A stretch of DNA of 64,000 nt from Patescibacteria group bacterium. Lineage in GTDB: Bacteria; Patescibacteriota; Patescibacteriia; UBA1558; UBA10009. Position 1 is the stretch's first letter; every line of letters begins with the position of its first letter. The translations under genes were made by a program, and so were the position numbers. Of the stretch, positions 10,280 through 20,039 are shown one piece after another. The notes beneath the pieces are model-generated. The model worked only from the letters and a program-made list of their open reading frames with translations, ran no database searches and was not told the origin of the DNA. The stretch is from NCBI GenBank assembly GCA_041662565.1, contig JBAZSE010000002.1, positions 27,244 to 91,243 of the forward strand, in the 5' to 3' direction.

Positions 10280-11092
10280 TTAGTTTTCTTTCTTTATTTC
10301 CGCCTCACTGTATAAAACATAATCATACAAACCAGATAAGGGTGATTTTTGCGGCATGGTTGCTAAAATTGCCTGCCGGCTGGCCGAAAGCGAACCAACA
10401 GGATATTCGCCCAATGATTTTAAAACAATCCTGGCCGGCAAAACAACTTGGCAAGCTGGGTTAGGCGCTTGGCAATTAGCCACCGGATCAACATTGCTGT
10501 AAGCGGTAATGGCAATATTGGTAGCGGCCGCGTTGCGGGCAATAATGCGCACACGGTACAAATAAGCCGTGGAATTGTAAAGCTGTAAATAATAAGGCGA
10601 AGAAACCTGGCTAATATAAACGCTTTTGGGGGTATCTAAAGTACCACTGGTAGTCCACGGCGTCCATTTTATTTCCAGCCACGAACCCACCCCTTCCCAA
10701 GAAATGCCCAACGACTTAATAGAGTTGGTTAAACCGTTTAAACTGCCGGGATCAAATAAATCCACCTGATAGCTTTCATCAGCTAAAAGAGAAGCGTATA
10801 AAACGTTTTCATTATCTTTAGCCACCAACTGATACGAACTTTCGTTAGGTAAAGTGGAGCTGATTTGCCCAAAAACAGCGGCATCAAAATCCTGTTTGCG
10901 CGCCTGGTACAAGCCCCTTTCTATTCCGCTTTCGGCAGCATAAAAAGCCACCACGGCTTTATCCAGCTGAACCGATTGCAATACTTCGTTTAACACCAAC
11001 CGGCTGGTAGCAACGCTAGCCGTAACCACGCTCGACATAATAAGCATGGCCAAAAGCAAGGCAGAGCCGGATTGGGTAAATTTTTTTAGCAT
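10280..11092 (-). CDS. PilX-like minor pilin / pseudopilin
   Basis: 270 aa, hydrophobic N-terminal helix (SGSALLLAMLIMSSVV), position at the end of the minor-pilin run. Confidence 0.5.
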   Translation of the reverse strand: MLKKFTQSGSALLLAMLIMSSVVTASVATSRLVLNEVLQSVQLDKAVVAFYAAESGIERGLYQARKQDFDAAVFGQISSTLPNESSYQLVAKDNENVLYASLLADESYQVDLFDPGSLNGLTNSIKSLGISWEGVGSWLEIKWTPWTTSGTLDTPKSVYISQVSSPYYLQLYNSTAYLYRVRIIARNAAATNIAITAYSNVDPVANCQAPNPACQVVLPARIVLKSLGEYPVGSLSASRQAILATMPQKSPLSGLYDYVLYSEAEIKKEN

Positions 11093-11110
11093 AATGTTGT
11101 AAATTGAAAA

Positions 11111-11719
11111 TTACCTGGCGTATTTTCTTTCCGTTACGGTTGTTTGCAAATGGGAAATTTTGGTAGTAGCTATATCTTCGTGCAAACTGGAAGTTGATAA
11201 AACAATGGTTACTCTCGGCTGAATATCGGAAGGATAATCAACTAAAACATCGCTCCAAACCATAGAATCAACAGCCGGGGTAATATAAAAAGACAATAAC
11301 TCCACATTTAAATCTTCGGGCGTAATATCCAGCCATGCTCCGCCGGCAAAGGTCTGGACCACATAGCGACCCTGGTCTTGTGCGCTTTCTACTCTTCTAA
11401 ACAACAACTGATTGTTATCCGCGTCTCTAATGGCCAATATCGCCCCATCTTGGGTTAAGGGCATGTTAGCCAAAGAAATGCCCTGAGAGGCGTAATAGGC
11501 GTAATCCAAGTGGCCCAAGCGCACTTCTCTAGCCATAACTTCCAAAACATACCGGGCATCGGCCAACAAACGGTCGGCATTGGCTGTTCTTTTTTGCACT
11601 TGGTTGCTTTGCACAAAAATACTCACGGCGTAAGTAGTGGCAATGGAAAAAATACCCAAAGCCACAATAACTTCCACCAGAGTAAAGCCCAAATTTGATT
11701 TTTTTAAATTTATTCTCAT
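11111..11719 (-). CDS. type IV minor pilin (prepilin-type N-terminal domain)
   Basis: N-terminus KSNLGFTLVEVIVALGIF, the class III signal peptide G/FTLxE motif. Confidence 0.7.
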   Translation of the reverse strand: MRINLKKSNLGFTLVEVIVALGIFSIATTYAVSIFVQSNQVQKRTANADRLLADARYVLEVMAREVRLGHLDYAYYASQGISLANMPLTQDGAILAIRDADNNQLLFRRVESAQDQGRYVVQTFAGGAWLDITPEDLNVELLSFYITPAVDSMVWSDVLVDYPSDIQPRVTIVLSTSSLHEDIATTKISHLQTTVTERKYAR

Positions 11720-11844
11720 ATTACTCCTACAAATTTACTAATCATTACGAATATACGAATCAGCCGATTATTGACATACAAAGGGTTAAGATAAAATTTA
11801 ACTTTGTATTCGTATATTAGTAAAAATTCGTAATTAGTAGTTAC
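11720..11844. repeat. pilus-locus repeat family P, copy 2 (carries minus-strand promoter TGTCAA-16-TATATT)
   Basis: ttactaatcattacgaatatacgaatcagccgattattgacatacaaagggttaagataaaatttaactttgtattcgtatattagtaaaaattcgtaattagtag. Confidence 0.7.
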
Positions 11845-12432
11845 TTATTTCCAATCATATAACCTATCCACGGCTTCAAGCAAATGTTGCTTACCGCTTT
11901 CATTCCAACTAACCTGCGAACTTACTTCGTAGCCAATCAAGGGCGCTGCCACATCACTGCATTTTTGGCCGTTGGCTAAAATCGCTTCGGACCCCACTGC
12001 CTCTTGCCAGCAAATTTCTTTTAAACTAATTAATCTTTTATAAGAAGTTAAATTTGTACCAATATTATTATGCGAAAAAACCCCAGTGGCTGCATCCAAA
12101 TATATTTGGCAATCCGTACAGGCATCTAAATCAACTATCTGGCTAACTGTTGCCCAAGTATTATTGGCTTCATCAAAATCCACAGTTAAGCGGTATTTAC
12201 CAACCTCAACTATACTCTGGTTCCAAGGCAAATTAGCCAGCCAATTGGAATCCCTAAACCACCTAACAACTTCTATGCCTTCTCTGGCTAAATTTGAAGC
12301 CACCAAACGGCTTTCGCTGGTTGAGGAAATATTCAAATTATAAGAAGTCAAAGTCATGCCCGCAATTACGCCGGTAGTTACCACGCCTAAAGCAACCACG
12401 ACTTCAATTAATGTAAATCCCCGATGTTTCAT
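11845..12432 (-). CDS. type IV minor pilin (PilV-like)
   Basis: N-terminus MKHRGFTLIEVVVALGVV, prepilin motif. Confidence 0.7.
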   Translation of the reverse strand: MKHRGFTLIEVVVALGVVTTGVIAGMTLTSYNLNISSTSESRLVASNLAREGIEVVRWFRDSNWLANLPWNQSIVEVGKYRLTVDFDEANNTWATVSQIVDLDACTDCQIYLDAATGVFSHNNIGTNLTSYKRLISLKEICWQEAVGSEAILANGQKCSDVAAPLIGYEVSSQVSWNESGKQHLLEAVDRLYDWK

Positions 12433-12450
12433 AAAAATAAAATTAACGCC

Positions 12451-12978
12451 CTATAATTGCTCCAATTCGGCCGTTACCCGACCGGTAACTCTGTTTAAAT
12501 TAATATGCCCCGATTTATCAGTCACTTTAACGCTGGTTAAATAAATATCAACTTCCGATAAAAGCTGATCGCCGTTTAAATAAATAGTTGGCTTGGGCGG
12601 TTTAAAAATTACAGTTAGCGGATCAGTGGTTAAATTTGATAACGCAATATTTAATGGCAAATTAACGGTTTCTAAAATAGTATCAATGCCAACTTCATAT
12701 GTTTGATCTCCATCATCTCGAAACATTAGGTACTGCCCGGGTTGAGTAAGATCAAAATACAAACCAAATCCGCCGCTACCCAATATTTCTTCGTTAATCG
12801 TCCCGGTTAAGGTCTGGGTTTGGGCTTTTCTAATATTTGCCGCCACCTCCTCGGTCGCTAGTAAAAAATTGGTGCTATGCTCACCCTGCCTAAAATTAAT
12901 CAAAACCATGGCGCTCATAATGCCAAATATACCGATCACGATTAGCATTTCCACAACTGTAAATCCTTTGTTTTGCAT
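12451..12978 (-). CDS. type IV minor pilin / pseudopilin (FimT/GspH-like)
   Basis: N-terminus MQNKGFTVVEMLIVIGIFGIM, prepilin motif. Confidence 0.7.
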   Translation of the reverse strand: MQNKGFTVVEMLIVIGIFGIMSAMVLINFRQGEHSTNFLLATEEVAANIRKAQTQTLTGTINEEILGSGGFGLYFDLTQPGQYLMFRDDGDQTYEVGIDTILETVNLPLNIALSNLTTDPLTVIFKPPKPTIYLNGDQLLSEVDIYLTSVKVTDKSGHINLNRVTGRVTAELEQL

Positions 12979-12994
12979 AAAAAATAAAAATTTA

Positions 12995-13759
12995 CTACAA
13001 CACCCTAAATAAATACCAATCCAAGATTTTTTGGCCCCACAGCAAGCAGACCCAAATAGCTAAAGACAAAAACGTGCCAAAGGGCAGCTGGCTGTTTAAC
13101 TGTTTCTTTTTTAAAATAATCAAACCCAAACCAACTATGGCGCCAACCACATAAGCCAAACCCAAAGCAACCAAACACAGTGGCCAGCCAAGCATAGCGC
13201 CCAAAACCAAGCCAAGACGGATATCTCCCCCGCCTATCCACTTACCTTGAGAAAGTATAAACTGCAAGAAAAAAAATCCGCCGATAATAACAGCCGACAT
13301 TAACAAGTTAATAATGGAATAGCCAGTTAAATAATTTAATACAACAGCAACCACCAAAGCGCTTAAGCTGACTTTATCCAAAATCAAATAATACTTAAAA
13401 TCGTAAACAAAAATAATAATCAGAAAACAGGAAAAGATAAGATAAGAAAGATATTGAAGATTGAAAATTGAAGATTGAAAATTGAAGAAGTGCCAATAAC
13501 CGATAGCAAAAACTACAGCCGTTACCAATTCCACTAAAGGATACTGCCAAGAAATTTTGGCCTGGCAATAATGGCATTTGCCGCGCAAAAATATAAAACT
13601 AAACAGCGGAATTAAATCCCAAAACCCTAATTTATGTTGGCAAGCTGGGCATTTGGAACGGCCGGTTATAAACTGCTCGCCCGATTTAAGCCGAAAAATT
13701 ACGGCATTAAGAAAACTACCGATAATCAGACCTAAAATTGCTGTAAAGACGTAAAACAT
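12995..13759 (-). CDS. pilD: prepilin peptidase (A24 family)
   Basis: 254 aa polytopic; CPAC..H...CHYC zinc motif, GGGDIRLG catalytic region. Confidence 0.9.
   Translation of the reverse strand: MFYVFTAILGLIIGSFLNAVIFRLKSGEQFITGRSKCPACQHKLGFWDLIPLFSFIFLRGKCHYCQAKISWQYPLVELVTAVVFAIGYWHFFNFQSSIFNLQYLSYLIFSCFLIIIFVYDFKYYLILDKVSLSALVVAVVLNYLTGYSIINLLMSAVIIGGFFFLQFILSQGKWIGGGDIRLGLVLGAMLGWPLCLVALGLAYVVGAIVGLGLIILKKKQLNSQLPFGTFLSLAIWVCLLWGQKILDWYLFRVL
13456..13490. repeat. 14-nt tandem repeat (gaagattgaaaatt x2.5) inside pilD coding sequence
   Basis: Units at 13456-13469 and 13470-13483 plus a partial unit; encodes the duplicated ...NFQSSIFNLQ... segment. Confidence 0.7.
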
Positions 13760-13786
13760 ACTGTAATTTTACGCTATTTTAAACAA

Positions 13787-13820
13787 TTTTACAAACAAAA
13801 ACCCCGCTCTTAACCAAGAA
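13787..13820 (-). terminator. bidirectional hairpin terminator downstream of the pilin gene
   Basis: aaaaaCCCCGctcttaaccaagaaCGGGGttttt. Confidence 0.6.
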
Positions 13821-13847
13821 CGGGGTTTTTAAAATCACAATAACTGA

Positions 13848-14372
13848 TTATTTGCTGTTATCACCTAAACAGAATGGACTTTGAGTGCCACAAGTGCCAG
13901 CAGGCACAGTCGCAGCATCAGCGGAATTTCTACAATCAGCATTAGCCCAAACTGAAATAAGACCAATTGTACCAGCTGCTGGAGACGCATTTTCTAAAAC
14001 AGTCGTTAGTAAATAATTGTCAGCTGTTGGGTTAACGCACAAAGTGTAAACCTGCGTTCCTGCATTAGGAGTTGTAGGATCAATCGGCATTCCTCCTGGT
14101 AAATAAGCGGCTAAACCATTAGGAGCGGCCGCGGTACCAATAACAGACCAGGTAAGTGGCACGCCGGCGGTAAAGATCTGATCATTGCTATCGGCCTTCA
14201 TAAGCTCAATGGCTGATTGAATAGTTTTTAAGTCGGAAACGCGCCTAGCATCTCTGGCCTTAGAACGGGCGTTATTTAAGGAAACAACAGCCAAAGTGGA
14301 AAGCAAGCCGATAATGGCAATAACCACCAATAATTCGATAAGGGTAAAACCTTTTTTGTTTGTTTTAATCAT
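13848..14372 (-). CDS. type IV pilin (major pilin paralog 2)
   Basis: N-terminus KKGFTLIELLVVIAIIGLLSTLAVVSLNNARSKARDARR, C-terminal FCLG. Confidence 0.8.
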   Translation of the reverse strand: MIKTNKKGFTLIELLVVIAIIGLLSTLAVVSLNNARSKARDARRVSDLKTIQSAIELMKADSNDQIFTAGVPLTWSVIGTAAAPNGLAAYLPGGMPIDPTTPNAGTQVYTLCVNPTADNYLLTTVLENASPAAGTIGLISVWANADCRNSADAATVPAGTCGTQSPFCLGDNSK

Positions 14373-14520
14373 ATTTTTTAAATCAAATTAAGTTAGAAAG
14401 ACGGAAGTTTATTTTTTATCCTAAGTTTTTTACTTAAGATAATTTCGACCTTTTAGTTAGTTGTTAAATTTTTTATTAATAACCATTCGCCGGCAACTAT
14501 TAAACCGACAAATGATTTTA

Positions 14521-15054
14521 TTACAATCTACCTAAACAAAATTCTTTATCGCCATCACAAGTAAAGGTAAGCGGATCAACCGGGCCAGCCGCATTAACGC
14601 AACTACCTGGGGGATAAGTAATATCACCGGCAATACCTTGACCTGGAGGCGAAACCTCTAAACTGGCGTGTAGTAAATAAAAACTTAAATCCGCCGTAAC
14701 GCAATAAATGTAGCTTTTATTAACATTGGGCTGAGCAACATCTCTGGTGGGATCAGGATCGGTTGGCGCGCCGGCCGGTAAATAAATGTTGGTGCCATTA
14801 TTAATGGCGTTAATGGTATCGCCCCAACTAGGACCTAAATTAATTACATAATCGGTATTATCATCACGGTAGATTTCCAAAGCCGATTGCACTGCTTTTA
14901 AATCCGACAAACGCCTGGCATCTCTGGCCTTGGCACGAGCGTTATTTAAAGACACAACGGCCAGGGTGGAAAGCAGGCCGATGATAGAAATGACCACCAA
15001 TAATTCAATGAGGGTAAAACCTGATTTGCGCCTCATTAAAACTTGTTGATTCAT
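14521..15054 (-). CDS. type IV pilin (major pilin paralog 1)
   Basis: N-terminus RKSGFTLIELLVVISIIGLLSTLAVVSLNNARAKARDARR, 34 of 36 identical to paralog 2 over the conserved helix; C-terminal EFCLG. Confidence 0.8.
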   Translation of the reverse strand: MNQQVLMRRKSGFTLIELLVVISIIGLLSTLAVVSLNNARAKARDARRLSDLKAVQSALEIYRDDNTDYVINLGPSWGDTINAINNGTNIYLPAGAPTDPDPTRDVAQPNVNKSYIYCVTADLSFYLLHASLEVSPPGQGIAGDITYPPGSCVNAAGPVDPLTFTCDGDKEFCLGRL

Positions 15055-15183
15055 AAGTTTTGATTAATTTATTAAAATAAATGAAAAAAACTAATTACGA
15101 CTTTAAATTCAACCCTATCATCTCTTTAATACATTGTACGCAATAGTAACACTTAGCGTCTTGTGCCACGCTTATCGTGACAA

Positions 15184-15244
15184 CCACAGCGCTTAGCGCT
15201 GTGGATAACTACATCCTGATTGATTACTTATCATTATACCACAA
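15184..15244 (-). promoter_or_regulatory. candidate extended -10 promoter (TGGTATAAT on minus strand, fwd 15236-15244) plus perfect 9-bp hairpin (15184-15204) in pilin upstream region
   Basis: ccacagcgc-tta-gcgctgtgg palindrome; could equally be the pilC terminator. Confidence 0.35.
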
Positions 15245-15331
15245 TTTACAACAAAAATCAATGTTAGCGGGGAAAAATAAATTTTAATTAACAAATTTTC
15301 AACAAATTATCCAATTTCAAAAATCTCAATC

Positions 15332-16552
15332 TTAGAACTGGTTTGCTAAATTGTACATAGGCAGAATAATGCTGGCGACCATACCGCCCACAGCTACGCC
15401 GATAATTACCATAATAAACGGCTCAATTAAGTGGGTCATGTTGGCTACCATATTTTCTATTTCCCTACCATAAAAACCGCTCACTTTATCCAGCACCAAA
15501 TCCATGCGTCCGGTTTTTTCACCCACCGAAAGCATTTGGGAAACCAATTTAGGTACCACGCTGGATTCCATAAATACTACAGCGACAGAGTTACCGTCTT
15601 CTACTTCTTTAATGGTTTGCTGGATTAATTTTTTATACAAATCATTGCCCACTACTTCGGCCACAATGGTTAAAGCAGCGGTTAAAGGAACTCCGCCTTT
15701 GGTTAAAGTGGAAAGCGATTGAGTAAAACGAACCAGATAAATCATTTTGAATAAATTGCCGAAAACCGGAAACTTAAGTTTAATGGTATCAATAAATTGT
15801 TTGGCTTGGGGCAATTTTAAAACATATTTAAAGGTAAAAAATAAAATAACAGCGGCAAGTACGAACAAATACCATTTAAACCTTAAAGCATCGCTGGTGC
15901 CAATCAACAGCCGAGTGGTAAAAGGTAGTTTAGTACCCGATGCCGTTAGCATACCCGTTAGCTGGGGAATAACAAAAACCATCATGGCCACACCTACCAC
16001 CACCAAACCGCCAATGATAAAAACCGGATAAATCATGGCGCCTTTGATTTTAGATACCAAATCGTAATCTTTTTCTTCCTGATCGGCCAAATATTCCAAA
16101 ACCTCGTCCAATTTACCCGAGGTTTCGCCCGATCTAACCATGGAAACAAAAAAATGCGAAAATGCTTGAGGATATTTTTCCAAGGCAATGGATAATTTAA
16201 TACCGCTTTCCACTTCATCAGCCACATCGGCAATAGCGGCCTTTAAAGTTTCTTGTTCGGTTTGAGAGACGATAATGCGCAAGGCCTGAACAACGGATAA
16301 ATTAGCCGAAATCATAACAGCCAGCTGGCGAGAAAAAACCACCACTTCTTTGCGCTTGATTTTTCCACCTAAAAAAGGCAATTTAAAACCGTGGGTTTTT
16401 TTAACAACCTCTTTATCCAACCGCTCCAAATAAATAACTTCCAAGCCTCGTTCGCGCAGTACATCAACAGCCGCATCTTCTTGAGGCGCTTCAACCACGC
16501 CTTCAAAAACCTGGCCTTCTTTACGTTTTGCTTTATATGAATATTGGGACAT
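15332..16552 (-). CDS. pilC: type IV pilus platform protein PilC (GspF family)
   Basis: 406 aa, duplicated GspF domains, three TM segments. Confidence 0.9.
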   Translation of the reverse strand: MSQYSYKAKRKEGQVFEGVVEAPQEDAAVDVLRERGLEVIYLERLDKEVVKKTHGFKLPFLGGKIKRKEVVVFSRQLAVMISANLSVVQALRIIVSQTEQETLKAAIADVADEVESGIKLSIALEKYPQAFSHFFVSMVRSGETSGKLDEVLEYLADQEEKDYDLVSKIKGAMIYPVFIIGGLVVVGVAMMVFVIPQLTGMLTASGTKLPFTTRLLIGTSDALRFKWYLFVLAAVILFFTFKYVLKLPQAKQFIDTIKLKFPVFGNLFKMIYLVRFTQSLSTLTKGGVPLTAALTIVAEVVGNDLYKKLIQQTIKEVEDGNSVAVVFMESSVVPKLVSQMLSVGEKTGRMDLVLDKVSGFYGREIENMVANMTHLIEPFIMVIIGVAVGGMVASIILPMYNLANQF

Positions 16553-16556
16553 AAAT

Positions 16557-17630
16557 TTACTTTCTCAACAACAGCTTCATGGCTTTAGGGTCAACAGCGT
16601 TTTTAATAGCTTCTTCGGGCTTAATTTTCCCGCGATTAACAAGTTCAATCAAGGATCTTTCTAAACTAATCATGCCTTCGGCCTTGGAGGTTTGGATAAT
16701 GCTATCTAATTGGCCAAAACGGCCTTCTTTAATCAAGGATTTGCCCGAAGGTGAACTGGTTAAAATTTCTACCGCCAATACCATATCGCCATCCAGCGCG
16801 GGAATTAAGCGTTGGACAACCATGCCCACTAAAAAATCTGCCAGAACATTACGGGCCCACAACACTTTAGCATCCGAAAATTCACTCACCAAGCCATCCA
16901 GTGCGGTAATGGAAGAATAATAATCCAAAACGCCAATAACCAACCTGCCGGATTCCGCAAGTTCCAAAGCCAGTTCCACCGATTCCGGATCATGCAATTT
17001 GGAAGTAACCACAATATCCACGTCTTCTTCTTTAGCCGAATCCAAGGCCTTGGCAAAACTAGCCACATCAGTGCCGATCTCCCGCTGTTCTATCACGCTT
17101 TTTTCATTAACAAATAAATGCTCTATCGGTTCGCCTAAATACAAAATGTGCTCATCCCGGTTTTGGTTGATCCATTGCACCATGGCGGCAGCCGTAGTGG
17201 TTCGGCCCGAATTAAAAGGACCGGTGACAAAAATCAAACCCTGGTTGGCAGTTAAAAATGTTTCCACAATTTTGGGCAAACCAAGTTCGGCTAAAGCCGG
17301 AATCCGCTCGCCCACCATTTTTAAAGACAAACTAAACTGCCCTTTTTGCTTAAAAACATGGACCCTAAAACGCGCCTTGCCCTGCCAATCAAAAATACAT
17401 TTTAGATCTTTGGTATTTTCCAAATCCGCCCTTTTATCTTCGGGCACAAAAAAATCCATAATGCCCTTCATAATATCCGGCGTAATTAATTCTTCTTCCA
17501 ATAGGGGCACAAGTGATCCCTTAATTCTTAAAAAAGGATAGTTGCCTACCACAAAATGGATATCACTGGCCTGCCTTTCGGCCACGGTGTTTAAAATTTT
17601 ATTCAAGGTAATGGTATCGGTTGTTGACAT
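16557..17630 (-). CDS. PilT-like ATPase with degenerate catalytic motifs
   Basis: 357 aa, collinear with PilT. Walker A reads GPFNSGRTTT (consensus GPTGSGKSTT). Asp box EDPIE becomes GEPIE. Walker B GEMRD becomes SKLHD. His box GHLVFGTLHT becomes GRLVIGVLDY. Confidence 0.8.
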   Translation of the reverse strand: MSTTDTITLNKILNTVAERQASDIHFVVGNYPFLRIKGSLVPLLEEELITPDIMKGIMDFFVPEDKRADLENTKDLKCIFDWQGKARFRVHVFKQKGQFSLSLKMVGERIPALAELGLPKIVETFLTANQGLIFVTGPFNSGRTTTAAAMVQWINQNRDEHILYLGEPIEHLFVNEKSVIEQREIGTDVASFAKALDSAKEEDVDIVVTSKLHDPESVELALELAESGRLVIGVLDYYSSITALDGLVSEFSDAKVLWARNVLADFLVGMVVQRLIPALDGDMVLAVEILTSSPSGKSLIKEGRFGQLDSIIQTSKAEGMISLERSLIELVNRGKIKPEEAIKNAVDPKAMKLLLRK

Positions 17631-17756
17631 AAATATTTACTACTAATTACTAATCCTTACCAATATACGAATCAGCGGGCTATTGACAAACAAAGAGTTA
17701 AGCTAAAATTTAATTTTGTATTCGTATATTAATAATAATTCGTAATTCGTAGAAAC
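17631..17756. repeat. pilus-locus repeat family P, copy 3 (minus-strand promoter TTGTCA-16-TATATT upstream of PilT-like gene)
   Basis: -35 = RC of 17684-17689, -10 = RC of 17662-17667. Confidence 0.7.
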
Positions 17757-18137
17757 TCAAAACTGCTCCAGTACTTTTTTAATCTTGGCCACCACTTCGG
17801 AAGGAATAAAATGGGCTTTAATCAAATAATCAACCGCGCCTAAAGCAAAACACTGATCTATTTTTTCTTTTTGACCGATGTTGCTTAAAATAATCACGGG
17901 TATGGCCTGGGTGGCCGGATCAGCTTTAAGTTCGGCTAACACTTGTGCGCCTTCTTTTTTAGGCAAAACCAAATCCAACAAAATCAAATCGGGCAATTCT
18001 TTTTTAGCTACCCGCAAACCCTTTTCCCCGTCATCAGCCGCCACCACTTTAAATCCTTCCAAATCCAGCTTGGTAAAATACATTTGGGATAAAAATGTGT
18101 CATCTTCAATTATTAAAATTTTTAATTTGTCGGCCAT
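17757..18137 (-). CDS. single-domain response regulator receiver (CheY/PilH-like)
   Basis: 126 aa; acidic pocket EDD, phospho-acceptor in LILLDLVLP, conserved K near the C-terminus; no output domain. Confidence 0.8.
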   Translation of the reverse strand: MADKLKILIIEDDTFLSQMYFTKLDLEGFKVVAADDGEKGLRVAKKELPDLILLDLVLPKKEGAQVLAELKADPATQAIPVIILSNIGQKEKIDQCFALGAVDYLIKAHFIPSEVVAKIKKVLEQF

Positions 18138-18278
18138 ATAATTATAACTACTAATTACTAATCTTTACGAATATACGAATCAACGGGCTATTGACAAACA
18201 AAGGGTTAAGCTAAAATTTAACTTTGTATTCGTATATTAGTAATAATTCGTAATTCGTAGTTTAGCATATTAGTCAAC
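18138..18278. repeat. pilus-locus repeat family P, copy 4 (minus-strand promoter TTGTCA-16-TATATT upstream of receiver gene)
   Basis: -35 = RC of 18192-18197, -10 = RC of 18170-18175. Arms acgaatatacgaat / attcgtatattagtaataattcgtaattcgtag form a large imperfect palindrome. Confidence 0.7.
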
Positions 18279-20024
18279 CTACTCATCAATCTTCGTTACT
18301 CTTAAAATTTCTTCAACCGTAGTTAAACCCAACAAAACCTTCATCCAACCATCTTGATTGATGTTGATGAATTTTTGCGATTTAAGTTCTTCTTCTACCG
18401 CTTTGGCCGGAAAACCCTGAGCGATAATTTCTCGCATTTTTTCAAAAACGCTTAAAACTTCCGAAATGGCCAAGCGGCCTTTATAACCGCTGTTACCGCA
18501 CTGAACACAGCCAACGCCTTTATACACTTCTAGATCTTTATTATCCTTAACTCCTTCGTACCACACTTCGGCGGGCAAGGTGCTTAATGATTGGGTAATT
18601 GATTGCCTGATATCTGGAGCCAAATCGGTTTTGGTTTTGCAATTTTGGCAGATTTTTCTAACCAAGCGCTGGGCTAAAATCAGATTTAAGGTAGAAGCCA
18701 GCAAAAACGGTTCGCCGCCCATATCAATAAACCGCGGAATAGCGCCTACAGCATCATTAGTGTGGAGAGTAGAAAGCACAAAGTGGCCGGTGAGGGCGGC
18801 GTGAATAGCCAAAGCGGCTGTTTCTTTATCGCGGATTTCGCCAACCATGATAACATCCGGATCTTGCCTTAACAGGGCGCGCAAACCGCTGGCAAAATCA
18901 AAACCCACCTCGCTTTTTACTTGCGATTGGTTAACGCCTTCCACGTAATACTCTACCGGATCTTCCAAGGTGCTAATGTTAACCCCTTCTTTATTTAAAA
19001 CCGAAAGCGCGGAAAACAAAGTAGTTGATTTACCGCTGCCGGTAGGGCCGGTAACCAAAAACATGCCGTTGGGCTTGGTAATGTTTTTTTCCATCAGCTT
19101 AATTTGGTTGCCCATAAAACCTAGATCGGCAAAAGTCGGGGCTTTTTCGGGCGAAGCCAAAATTCTCATAACCACTTTTTCTTGGTTAACCAAAGGAATG
19201 GTGGAAACACGGAAATCAACATCCTGACCGTTGATATTTAAGCGGATGCGGCCGTCTTGCGGAATACGGGTTTCGTCTATTTTTAAATTAGACATGACCT
19301 TAACGCGAGAAACCAGCGCGGCATGGACGTAAATGGGCAAAACAATGGAAGTATGCAAAATGCCGTCAATTCTGTACCTAACCCGGCTTTTATCGCTATA
19401 GGGTTCAATATGAATATCCGAAGCCCCGCCTTCAATGGCGTGCCTTAAAATTACCGAAACGATTTTGGAAACAGGCGCGGTTTTTACGATATCCTCCAGT
19501 TTGGTAGTCACTTCCATATCGCCCCGATCTTTGGGAGCAAATTTTTCTTCGGCAAAATCCAAGGCCTGACTGACCTGTTCTTTTAAATTCTGGTAATTTT
19601 TGTAGCCCAAATTAAAACTGGCGGGCGACAAAGTAAAATATTTTAGCTTGTAATTTTTTTTGCGGGCCAAAAATTCCATGGCCTCTATGGCCTTATAGTT
19701 TACCGGATCAACCAAGCCCACATCCAAAACATTCCCCTCTTGGCCAAATACCAACATTTGATAATTTTCCGATAAATCCTGGGGCAAAATTTTAAGCACG
19801 GCCAAAGGAATTTCTTTGCCCTCCAAATTCAAATATGGAATATTTAAAACCCTGCTTTTGGCCTGGGCTAGGGCTTCTTGAGAAATTTTTTCATCTTTAT
19901 TTAAATTATCAAAAAAGGCCTGCTGATCACCTTCGGTCAGCGCCAAATAGCTTCGGTACTGCTCATCGGTCAGTTGACCGCCCTTTTTTAGCTCGTCCAA
20001 AATTTGTTTGCCTGTTTCGGTCAT
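18279..20024 (-). CDS. pilB: type IV pilus assembly ATPase PilB (GspE family)
   Basis: 581 aa; N-terminal GSPII_E_N-like region, intact Walker A GPTGSGKSTTL, Asp/His boxes, tetracysteine CxxC...CxxC. Confidence 0.9.
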   Translation of the reverse strand: MTETGKQILDELKKGGQLTDEQYRSYLALTEGDQQAFFDNLNKDEKISQEALAQAKSRVLNIPYLNLEGKEIPLAVLKILPQDLSENYQMLVFGQEGNVLDVGLVDPVNYKAIEAMEFLARKKNYKLKYFTLSPASFNLGYKNYQNLKEQVSQALDFAEEKFAPKDRGDMEVTTKLEDIVKTAPVSKIVSVILRHAIEGGASDIHIEPYSDKSRVRYRIDGILHTSIVLPIYVHAALVSRVKVMSNLKIDETRIPQDGRIRLNINGQDVDFRVSTIPLVNQEKVVMRILASPEKAPTFADLGFMGNQIKLMEKNITKPNGMFLVTGPTGSGKSTTLFSALSVLNKEGVNISTLEDPVEYYVEGVNQSQVKSEVGFDFASGLRALLRQDPDVIMVGEIRDKETAALAIHAALTGHFVLSTLHTNDAVGAIPRFIDMGGEPFLLASTLNLILAQRLVRKICQNCKTKTDLAPDIRQSITQSLSTLPAEVWYEGVKDNKDLEVYKGVGCVQCGNSGYKGRLAISEVLSVFEKMREIIAQGFPAKAVEEELKSQKFININQDGWMKVLLGLTTVEEILRVTKIDE

Positions 20025-20039
20025 GATTATTTTAATATT

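Noticed and set aside
15150-15175. sigma-54-like TGGCAC element upstream of the pilin gene (minus strand)
   Set aside because: The GG and GC dinucleotides are spaced 2 nt too close for the -24/-12 consensus.
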